64,000 nt of DNA from Planctomycetaceae bacterium. GTDB taxonomy: Bacteria > Planctomycetota > Planctomycetia > Pirellulales > UBA1268. The position numbers and the translations under genes were made by a program. The stretch is taken from NCBI GenBank assembly GCA_040376455.1, contig JBEIQP010000001.1, positions 15 through 64,014 of the forward strand. The letters run 5' to 3'. Below, piece by piece: positions 19,497-27,339 of this stretch (its first letter is position 1; every line of letters begins with the position of its first letter). Below the pieces are notes generated by a model, which was not told the DNA's origin, searched no databases, and worked only from the letters and a program-made list of their open reading frames with translations.

Positions 19497-20789
19497 CTAA
19501 GGGCGTCCGATGCACCAGAGCGAATCGTGCGTCCGCAGGAAGATCCGGCCATCGACGAGGACGGGCGTGGCCACCGTCATTTCGTCCACGCTGCCTTCGC
19601 CGATCACCTTGAACGCATCGCCCAGCTCGAGGGCCGTGGACTTGCCGTCCTCCCGGGTGACGACGATCCGGCCGTCGGCGAGCACAGGCGAAGCGCTGTA
19701 GGCGTTGCGATTCTTCGGAAGTTCGCCCTGCCAGAGGGTCGCGCCCGTCGTTGCGTCGAGACATTCCACCCGCCCCTTGTCGGTGCAGACGAAGAGGCGA
19801 CCGTCCCGGGCCGCCGGCGTCGGCACGTCCGCGCCCACGTCCTTGCGGGTCCACGCCACGTGGGTGCCGGTCACGTCGCCATGGCCACCGCGGCGGATCG
19901 CCGTGATCGTGCCGCCCCGGGCATAGGGGGCGATGATGAGATCGCCCACCGCGAGGGGCGAGGCGATGGAGCGGAAAAACGTGTCGCCGGTCGGGTTGAG
20001 ACCGCCCACCCGCCAGCATTCCTTGCCGGTCGCGGCGTCGTGCGCGGTGACGTGGTCGGCACCGAGCACGACGACCAACTCGGCCGGTTCCCCCTTGGCC
20101 GCATCCCCCGCGAGCACCAGGGGCGTCGAGTAGCTGTGCGCGGCCTCCTCCGGCGCGTCGAGCATCCGATCCTGCTTCCAGAGCAGCTTGCCCGTCTGGC
20201 GATCGAAGGCCGCCAGGTAGCTCGGTCCGCTCTGCATCACCGCCACGACCACCGCCCGCGCCGTGAGGACCGGGGAGGTGCCGATGTCCCACCAGAGCGT
20301 GTCGGCCCCGAACTGCTCCTGGAGGTTCGTCTTCCAGGCCACGCCGCCGTCGGCCAGGTCGAGGCAGGCCAGTTCGCCGCTCTTGAAGTAGACCCACACA
20401 TGCGTGCCGTCGGTCACCGGCGACGGATTGCAACCGGTCGCCTTCTTGTGCTTGCCGGCCCGCTCGGGTCCGAGAGTCCGGCGCCATCGTTCCTGGCCGT
20501 TCCGGTCGAGGCAGAGCGCCGCGTCGTTGCCGTCGATCGCGCAGGTGACGACGATCCGGTCGCCCCAGATCGCCGGCGTGCTGGCGCCGAGCCCCGGGAG
20601 CTTCACCCGCCAGAGGACGTGCTCCGTGGGGCTCCACGTGGCGACGTAGCCGGTGCCGGCGGCCGCCCCGTCGAGGGTGGGCCCGCGCCAATTCGGCCAG
20701 TTGTCGGCCCGCGCGGCGGACACCGCGGCCGCCACCGCGACCGCGGCGAGCCGCAGATCGAACCACCGTCGCGCCATCGTCGTCGCCAT
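19497..20789 (-). CDS. Secreted PQQ-like / BamB-like beta-propeller repeat protein
   Basis: Signal MATTMARRWFDLRLAAVAVAAAVSAARA, NWPNWRGP, and repeated ...G.LLW... blades. This is the 430-aa C-terminal part of ORF 19497..22016. Confidence 0.8.
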   Translation of the reverse strand: MATTMARRWFDLRLAAVAVAAAVSAARADNWPNWRGPTLDGAAAGTGYVATWSPTEHVLWRVKLPGLGASTPAIWGDRIVVTCAIDGNDAALCLDRNGQERWRRTLGPERAGKHKKATGCNPSPVTDGTHVWVYFKSGELACLDLADGGVAWKTNLQEQFGADTLWWDIGTSPVLTARAVVVAVMQSGPSYLAAFDRQTGKLLWKQDRMLDAPEEAAHSYSTPLVLAGDAAKGEPAELVVVLGADHVTAHDAATGKECWRVGGLNPTGDTFFRSIASPLAVGDLIIAPYARGGTITAIRRGGHGDVTGTHVAWTRKDVGADVPTPAARDGRLFVCTDKGRVECLDATTGATLWQGELPKNRNAYSASPVLADGRIVVTREDGKSTALELGDAFKVIGEGSVDEMTVATPVLVDGRIFLRTHDSLWCIGRP

Positions 20790-21056
20790 CGTGCAACCCC
20801 GTCGTCTTCCGGTCGCGGGCCTCGAACCGCGGGGCCGAAGTCTACCGCGCCTGCGCCCCGCCGACTCGCAACTGTCCCTCCGGAGATCGCCGCCGGGGCG
20901 GCCTCCCGCAGCGGATCCTTGCCGCCCGCGATCGGGGCTCCGAACCATGGGGGCGTCCGCGGCCGTTTCCGCGGGGCCGCCGGATCCGCCGGCGCTGGTC
21001 TCGAGTCCCGGCACCTTGGACGCCGCTGAACGGCCACCAGGCCGAGGGAGTCTGTG

Positions 21057-22319
21057 ATGGCAGCCGAGCCGGTCGCCGTGGTGTCGGTCGAACCGGTCTC
21101 GGTCGCGGCGGTGCGGTCGCTGCTCGAGCCGCAGACCCCGCCGTGCCTTTCGGTCTATCTCCCCACGCACCGAAACGTGCCCGACAACACCGTGGACCAA
21201 CCCGCCTTCCGGCATCTGGTCGAGGCGTTGGAGATGGCCCTCTCCATGTCGCATCCCCGGGACCGGATCGAGCGGCTGCTCCATCCCTTTCGGCTGCTGG
21301 AGGGAGACGCGCGATTCTGGCAGCACACGCGGGACGGCTTGGCCGTACTCGCAAGCGACGGGCGGGCGCGGGTCTTCCTGCTGCAGCGGCCGGTGCCGCC
21401 CCTGGCCCTCGTCACGCCCCGGTTCCACACGATGCCGCTGGTGCGGATCGCCGCCGCGCTCGCACGGTTTCAGGTGCTCGCCCTCACCAGCCGCGAGGCC
21501 CACGTTTTCGAGGGCATGATCTGGCACGACGCCCAGGCCGCCACGGTCGAGCGGCTCGACCCGGTGCCGCTGGCCGGCACCGCCGGCCGGCCACCCGCCG
21601 AAACCCTCGCCCGCCGGGAGGTCATCGACGAGGAGACGTTCCAACCGCACCGCGTGAAGCGCGGCACCGGTCCGAGCGGCATGGCGGGTCCCACGGCGGT
21701 GCACGGGGGGTTTGGCGCGAAGCACGACGACATCGACGCCGACACGGAGATCTTCCTGCGGCACGTGGATCAGGTGGTGCGGGAACAAGCCTCGGTCCGA
21801 TCCGGCCTGCCGCTCGTGCTGGTGGCGCCCGCTCGGCTCGCCGCCACGTTCCGCGGCCTCTCGAAAAATCCCTTTCTGATCGAGGACCACATCGACAAGG
21901 ATCCGCACCTCATGCCGGCCGACGCGCTCGCCGCGGCTGTGAAGCCGGTCTTCACCGCGGCCCACGACCGGCTGATCGCCCGCCACGTGCGGGCCTACGA
22001 ACAGGCCCGGGACCACGACCGTGCCGCGGCGGATCTCTCCGACATCGCCCGCGCCGCGGTGGGCGGCCGGGTGGCCACGCTCCTGATCGAGGCCGACCGG
22101 TTCGAGTCGGGCACGTTCAACCGGTCCACGGGGGCGATCGAGACCGACGGCGAGGCGACCGCCGACCTCTCCCGCTCGGGCGACCAGCCGGCGATCCGCA
22201 TCGCCGACCTCTTCGGCGCCCTGGCGGAGACGGTGCTCCTCGACGGCGGCGAGATCGTCGCCCTGAGCCGCAACGCGATGCCGACCGAGTCGGGCGTGGC
22301 CGCGATCTACCGCTGGTGA
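21057..22319 (+). CDS. eRF1/Pelota-fold-like protein (bacterial baeRF-type, possibly the baeRF3 family)
   Basis: GAGGGAG lies upstream (alternative GTG at 21054). N-terminal LLEPQTPPCLSVYLPTHR, a central Gly loop VHGGFGAKHDD, and C-terminal GGEIVALSRNAMPTESGVAAIYRW. The family assignment is from memory and not verified. Confidence 0.5.
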   Translation: MAAEPVAVVSVEPVSVAAVRSLLEPQTPPCLSVYLPTHRNVPDNTVDQPAFRHLVEALEMALSMSHPRDRIERLLHPFRLLEGDARFWQHTRDGLAVLASDGRARVFLLQRPVPPLALVTPRFHTMPLVRIAAALARFQVLALTSREAHVFEGMIWHDAQAATVERLDPVPLAGTAGRPPAETLARREVIDEETFQPHRVKRGTGPSGMAGPTAVHGGFGAKHDDIDADTEIFLRHVDQVVREQASVRSGLPLVLVAPARLAATFRGLSKNPFLIEDHIDKDPHLMPADALAAAVKPVFTAAHDRLIARHVRAYEQARDHDRAAADLSDIARAAVGGRVATLLIEADRFESGTFNRSTGAIETDGEATADLSRSGDQPAIRIADLFGALAETVLLDGGEIVALSRNAMPTESGVAAIYRW

Positions 22320-22345
22320 GTCGGCCGGACTCTACAATCGGCGGC

Positions 22346-23506
22346 ATGCACGCCCCGCCGCCCGCCCCCGACTTCAGCGACTGCCCCGACCGCCGCGGCA
22401 CCGGCTCCGAGAAGTGGGACCGCTGGGCGGGCCGCGACGTGCTGCCGCTCTGGGTGGCCGACATGGATTTTCCTGCGGCCGAGGTGATCCTGGACGCGAT
22501 CCGGGCGCGGACCGACCACGGCGTCTTCGGCTACACGCACGCCCCACCGGGCTTCGCACCCGCCCTGGCCGCGCACCTCGAGCAGCGGCATGGCTGGCGG
22601 ATCGATCCCGGCTGCATCACGAGCACGCCGGGGGTCGTGACCGGCCTGGCGATCACCGCGCGGCTGCTGGCCCGCGACGACGACGAGATTCTCACCTTCA
22701 CCCCGGTCTACCCGCCGTTCCTCACGCTGCCCGGGCTCGCCGGCCGCCGCGTGGTGCGGGTGCCGCTCGCCCAGTCCCCAGCCGCCTGGTCGATCGACTG
22801 GGACTCGCTCGCCGCCGCGGTCACGCCCCGGTCCACGCTCTTCTGGCTCTGCCATCCGCACAATCCCACCGGCACGGTCTTCGCCCGCGAGGAACTCCTG
22901 CGGCTGGCCGACTTTGCCGCGCGGCACGGGCTCACGGTCGTGAGCGACGAGATCTGGTCCGACCTCGTGCTCGACGAGGCAGCGGCCGCGCGGCACGTGC
23001 CGTTCGCGAGCCTCGACCATCCGGCGGCGCGATCCGCGATCACGCTCACGTCCCCCTCCAAAACCTGGAACCTTGCGGGTCTGGGCTGCGCCGCGGCGAT
23101 CGTGCCCGAGGCGACGCTCCGGAAGCGGTGGCGCGCCGCCGGCAGCGGCCTGGTGCCGATGATCAACCCGCTTGGCTACGCCGCGGCCGAGGCGGCCTGG
23201 CAGTACGGCGACGCGTGGCGGCACGGGCTGCTCGCGGTGCTCCGTCGGCATCGCGATCTCGTGCAGCGGGCGGTCGCCGGCATTCCCGGGCTCTCCTGCG
23301 TGCCGGCCCAGGCGACCTACCTCGCGTGGATCGACTGCCGAGGCGCCGGGTGCGCCGACCCCCAGGCCGCCTGCGAAGCGGCCGGGCTCGGCCCCTCCGA
23401 CGGCCGCGACTTCGGCGCGCCGGGCTTCATCCGGATCAACACCGCCTGCCCCACTCCGCGGCTCGAAGAGGCCCTGCGGCGGTTGGCGAGGGCGTTCGCG
23501 GTCTGA
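22346..23506 (+). CDS. MalY/PatB-type PLP-dependent C-S lyase (aminotransferase class I/II)
   Basis: DRRGTGSEKWD, LWVADMDF, FGYT, HPHNPTG, SDEIWSDLV, and TSPSKTWNLAGL (PLP Lys). Confidence 0.85.
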   Translation: MHAPPPAPDFSDCPDRRGTGSEKWDRWAGRDVLPLWVADMDFPAAEVILDAIRARTDHGVFGYTHAPPGFAPALAAHLEQRHGWRIDPGCITSTPGVVTGLAITARLLARDDDEILTFTPVYPPFLTLPGLAGRRVVRVPLAQSPAAWSIDWDSLAAAVTPRSTLFWLCHPHNPTGTVFAREELLRLADFAARHGLTVVSDEIWSDLVLDEAAAARHVPFASLDHPAARSAITLTSPSKTWNLAGLGCAAAIVPEATLRKRWRAAGSGLVPMINPLGYAAAEAAWQYGDAWRHGLLAVLRRHRDLVQRAVAGIPGLSCVPAQATYLAWIDCRGAGCADPQAACEAAGLGPSDGRDFGAPGFIRINTACPTPRLEEALRRLARAFAV

Positions 23507-23567
23507 CGCGCGGCGGCGTGTTACGATCAGCGGCTCGGTGACCAGACGTTTTCGCGAGCCTTCCCGC

Positions 23568-24863
23568 ATGCGCCACGCCCCGATCGACCCGGAACTGTTC
23601 GTCGCCCATCGCCACAGGCTCGCGGCACTCCTCCCGGCCCGCAGCGTGGCGATCGTCCATGCGGCCGACATCCCTCCCGCGACCGGAGACGGCACGCTGC
23701 GGATGCATCCCGCCGCCGATCTTTTCTGGCTGACCGGGATCGAGCAGGAGGAGAGCGTGCTCGTGCTCTCGCCGGACGCCGTCGATCCCGCCCATCGCGA
23801 AATCCTCTTCATCCGCCAGCCGAGCGCGCATCTGACGACGTGGGAGGGGGAAAAGCTCACCCAAGACAAGGCGCGGGCCGTCTCGGGCGTGGCGAAGGTG
23901 CTCTGGCTCGCCGACCTGCCGGGGGTGCTGCACCAGTTGCTGGTCGCGGCCGACACCGTGCATCTCAATGCCAACGAGCACGAGCGGGCGGTCATCGACG
24001 TCGATTCCCGCGACCTGCGGCTTGCCCGGCAACTGATGGCCCGCTATCCGCTCCACCGCTACGCCCGGCTCGCCCCCCTCCTGCGAACGCTGCGGGCGGT
24101 GAAGGACGACGCCGAGGTGGGCCTGATCCGGCAGGCCATCGACATCACCGACGCGGGCCTGCGCCGGGTGCTGGCGGCCCTGCGGCCGGGCGTGATGGAG
24201 CATGAACTCGAGGCCGAGTTGGTCGCGGAGTTCACCCGCCGCCGCGCCGCGATGGCCTACGAGCCGATCATCGCCTCCGGCCGCAACAGCTGCGTCCTGC
24301 ACTACACCGACAACGACAAGGTCTGCGCCGCGGGCGATCTCGTGCTCATCGACGTGGGGGCCAGTTACGCCAACTACTGCGCCGACCTGACGCGAACCTA
24401 TCCCGTCAGTGGCCGGTTCACGCCGCGGCAGCGGGCGGTCTACGACGCGGTGCTCCGCGTGCTGAAGCACGCCATCGGCCGGGCCACCGTGGGCACCACC
24501 CTGCGGAACTGGAAGCGGGCGGCGCAGGAGGAGATGGCCGAGGAACTCGTGGCGCTCGGGCTCATCACGGCGGCCGCCGCCGCGGCAGGCTCGGCCGACG
24601 AGCCGGCCTGCAAACGGTATTTCATGCACGGGCTGGGGCACTCCCTGGGGCTCGGCGTGCACGACCTCGCGCCGCACGACGGCCCCTTCGCACCGGGCTG
24701 GGTGCTCACGGTGGAGCCGGGCATCTACATTCCGGAAGAGGGGATCGGCGTGCGGCTCGAAAACGACATCCTGATCACGGCCGAGGGGCCCGTCGATCTC
24801 TGCGGCCACGTGCCGCTCGAGGCGGACGAGGTGGAGTCGCTACTGGCCCGCCGTGCCGGCTGA
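23568..24863 (+). CDS. Xaa-Pro aminopeptidase (M24B family)
   Basis: SGRNSCVLHYTDND, LIDVGASYANYCADLTRTYPVSGRF, HGLGHSLGLGVHD, VEPGIY, RLENDILIT. Confidence 0.85.
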   Translation: MRHAPIDPELFVAHRHRLAALLPARSVAIVHAADIPPATGDGTLRMHPAADLFWLTGIEQEESVLVLSPDAVDPAHREILFIRQPSAHLTTWEGEKLTQDKARAVSGVAKVLWLADLPGVLHQLLVAADTVHLNANEHERAVIDVDSRDLRLARQLMARYPLHRYARLAPLLRTLRAVKDDAEVGLIRQAIDITDAGLRRVLAALRPGVMEHELEAELVAEFTRRRAAMAYEPIIASGRNSCVLHYTDNDKVCAAGDLVLIDVGASYANYCADLTRTYPVSGRFTPRQRAVYDAVLRVLKHAIGRATVGTTLRNWKRAAQEEMAEELVALGLITAAAAAAGSADEPACKRYFMHGLGHSLGLGVHDLAPHDGPFAPGWVLTVEPGIYIPEEGIGVRLENDILITAEGPVDLCGHVPLEADEVESLLARRAG

Positions 24864-24921
24864 CGCGGTCCGGCCGCCGGCCTGCTATACTCCCGCCGTT
24901 CAATCCCCCGGGAGCCGACCC

Positions 24922-25416
24922 ATGCGTTCATTCGTCGCCAGCGCCGTCCTCCTCGCCCTCACCCTTTGTTTTCAGGAGCCCGCCGTGCCCGCAGACCCCG
25001 CCGCCAATGGAACGACCGCCGACGCGCCCCATCCCAAGCTGCCCCGGGGGGCCGGTGCGATCGACGCCGACGCGCCCAAGGCCTTCACGACCACCGCATC
25101 GGGGCTCCGCTACCGCGTGCTCCGCAAGGGCAAGGGGGCCAACCCGAAGGCCACGAGCAACGTGCAGGTCAACTACCACGGCTGGCTCGAAAACGGCAAG
25201 GTGTTCGACAGTTCCTACGACCGCGGCGAGGCGATCGAGTTCCCGCTCAACGGCGTCATCCCCGGTTGGACCGAGGGGATGCAGCTCGTGGGCGAGGGGG
25301 GCATGATCGAACTGGTGATCCCGAGCAACCTGGGCTACGGCCGCCGCGGGGCCCCGCCCGTGATCCCGCCCGACGCCACGCTCAACTTCCTGGTCGAACT
25401 GATCGACGTGAAGTAG
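24922..25416 (+). CDS. Secreted FKBP-type peptidyl-prolyl cis-trans isomerase
   Basis: Signal MRSFVASAVLLALTLC, then V.VNYHGWLENGKVFDSSYDRGEAIEFPLNGVIPGWTEGMQLVGEGG...IPSNLGYG. Confidence 0.9.
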   Translation: MRSFVASAVLLALTLCFQEPAVPADPAANGTTADAPHPKLPRGAGAIDADAPKAFTTTASGLRYRVLRKGKGANPKATSNVQVNYHGWLENGKVFDSSYDRGEAIEFPLNGVIPGWTEGMQLVGEGGMIELVIPSNLGYGRRGAPPVIPPDATLNFLVELIDVK

Positions 25417-25431
25417 CCCACTGCGGTCGCC

Positions 25432-25480
25432 GGGCCGCCTGCAGCCCGCAGGCGGCCCGCTCGCGCCGAGCGGCCTTTTC
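25432..25480 (+). terminator. Putative intrinsic terminator after the FKBP gene
   Basis: Perfect 11-bp stem GGGCCGCCTGC / GCAGGCGGCCC (25432-25442 / 25448-25458, 5-nt loop). It is followed by a short second hairpin and a TTTT run at 25476-25479. Confidence 0.5.
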
Positions 25481-25652
25481 CGGCCCCGGCCCGCACTTTC
25501 TCGGCCGGCTCATCAAAGTCTAACCGGCCGCTCATCCGCATCTCACGCGGACGGGCAATGCTTCAGGCCGATCCTGTCCACGGTGTGACCGGATCGGTCG
25601 GGCCGCCCCGGGTGGCTCGGCCATGCCCTCCCCCTTTCGTCGAGGAGACCCT

Positions 25653-25868
25653 ATGGCCAAGCCCTCCCCCGACCGACCGCTCTCGCTCCTGGCCGGCGAC
25701 AAGGAAGCGGACCAAGCCGCAGCCGTTGAACGGGCCGGCATGAAGCGCTGGCTGCAGCTGACCTCCAAAAAACACGCCGCCGCCAAGGCGACGCACAACC
25801 CGGCCGCCGGGGCCGCCGCCGAAGCCCTCGCCCAGCTCCTCAAGAAGCCGGCCCGCAATCAGGCCTGA
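25653..25868 (+). CDS. Small hypothetical protein (71 aa), Ala/Lys-rich
   Basis: GAGGAG lies 5 nt upstream of the ATG. G/C-rich third codon positions. No recognised family. Confidence 0.45.
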   Translation: MAKPSPDRPLSLLAGDKEADQAAAVERAGMKRWLQLTSKKHAAAKATHNPAAGAAAEALAQLLKKPARNQA

Positions 25869-25893
25869 CCTCCGGTTCCAAAAAAAATCCCCG

Positions 25894-25937
25894 CTCACGG
25901 AGTTCTCACGGACTGCTCACGATCGGCTGACGGAGCC
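25894..25937 (+). repeat. Four tandem 11-bp repeats (CTCACGGAGTT / CTCACGGACTG / CTCACGATCGG / CTGACGGAGCC)
   Basis: Read directly. The period is 11 bp. They lie 97-140 bp upstream of the pilin-like gene start at 26034 and just after an A8 tract. Confidence 0.7.
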
Positions 25938-26033
25938 GGTCTATCACAGTGTTCGAGCGGACGGCAGTCGTGCTGCGGTCCGCGGTTCCTGTCCCCTGTT
26001 TCTGTTTCATCCCATTTCATAGGAATCCATCCC

Positions 26034-27215
26034 ATGCGTTTCACGAGATCAAACGCGACGCGGGGCTTCACGCTGGTGGAGCTGCTCGTCGTGATCGCCA
26101 TCATCGGCCTCCTGGTGGCCATCCTCCTCCCGGCGCTGTCGTCGGCCCGCAACTCGGCTCAGGCCGCAGGCAGCGGCTCGAACCTCAGCGCCTTCGGCCG
26201 CGGCTTCATGATCCACTCGACCGAGGACAAGAGCTCGCGTCTGAGCACCGGCGCCTTCGACCACCTCCGCGACGGCGACGTCCGCAAGGTCGGCTGGGTC
26301 GCCGACATCATCCGCGTCAAGGTGTCGAACCCGGGCAAGGCCCTCGATCCGGCGAATTCCTCGACGGTGAACGAGAAGGTGGCCGACTACATCGGCGCCC
26401 TCAACACGTCGAAGGCAAACCCCGTCCGCTGGAAGGGCAAGTCGTCGAACGTGCACTACGGTGCGGCGGACGGTCCGACCGACCTGACCTCCGCGACGGC
26501 TGCCCAGAAGTTCAAGCTCTGGGAAGATGGCTACAACACCAATTACGCCACGACCTGGCACTTCAGCCGCGGTGACTGCAACCTCGGTTCCGACGGCAAG
26601 TTGAGCGCCTCGATGAACCCGGTGACCAGCGATCCGGGCAAGTGCCCGCTCGACGGCGACGGGCCGCTCACGGAAAAGAAGCTGACCGGCGGCGGCGTGA
26701 GCCGCGACCGCGTCGCCCTGATGGGTCCTTCCCGCAACGGTGACGGCTCCGACGCCCTCGTGACCGACGCCGTGTTCAACTCCTTCAACTCGTTCTTCGG
26801 CGACGGCCAGAAGATCATCACGACCGGGGCGATCATGGTCGAGTCGTTCACCGACGGCATGAACTGCCCGTTCACTGACACCGCGCTCGGCGGCTCGGCC
26901 GACGAGAAGATCCACGAGATCAACGACATCGTGCCGCTCCACGGCGCCCGGAAGACCACGGTCGGCGCCAACACGCTGCTGACCGGCGGCTATGCCCAGG
27001 TGCTCTTCGCCGACGGCCACGTCGCCAAGATCGAAGATGCGGGTGGCTACCAGGACAACCCGGACAGCTGGATCGGCCCCTTCAAGGCGGGCGGGGTGCC
27101 CACCGCGAGCGCGTTCGAGATCAACAAGTCGGGCTATGACGAAACGCGCGAGCTGATCTGGCTCGAGCAGATCGGCAACTCGTCAGGCGGCGTCGGCGGC
27201 GGTTCGGTCGAATGA
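26034..27215 (+). CDS. Prepilin-type N-terminal cleavage/methylation domain protein (DUF1559-like pseudopilin)
   Basis: MRFTRSNATRGFTLVELLVVIAIIGLLVAILLPALSSARN is the canonical type IV pilin-like leader. C-terminal VLFADGHV motif. Confidence 0.85.
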   Translation: MRFTRSNATRGFTLVELLVVIAIIGLLVAILLPALSSARNSAQAAGSGSNLSAFGRGFMIHSTEDKSSRLSTGAFDHLRDGDVRKVGWVADIIRVKVSNPGKALDPANSSTVNEKVADYIGALNTSKANPVRWKGKSSNVHYGAADGPTDLTSATAAQKFKLWEDGYNTNYATTWHFSRGDCNLGSDGKLSASMNPVTSDPGKCPLDGDGPLTEKKLTGGGVSRDRVALMGPSRNGDGSDALVTDAVFNSFNSFFGDGQKIITTGAIMVESFTDGMNCPFTDTALGGSADEKIHEINDIVPLHGARKTTVGANTLLTGGYAQVLFADGHVAKIEDAGGYQDNPDSWIGPFKAGGVPTASAFEINKSGYDETRELIWLEQIGNSSGGVGGGSVE

Positions 27216-27339
27216 GCCGCTGAGCCTGCAGGGCTCCATGGATCGGTGCTGCGGCCGCCGCCGGGCGGCCGCAGCCATTCCATCGGGATGCTATGCTCGA
27301 ACGGACCTGGGCCAAGCCCGCTGATTCCGGAGTCTTCAC

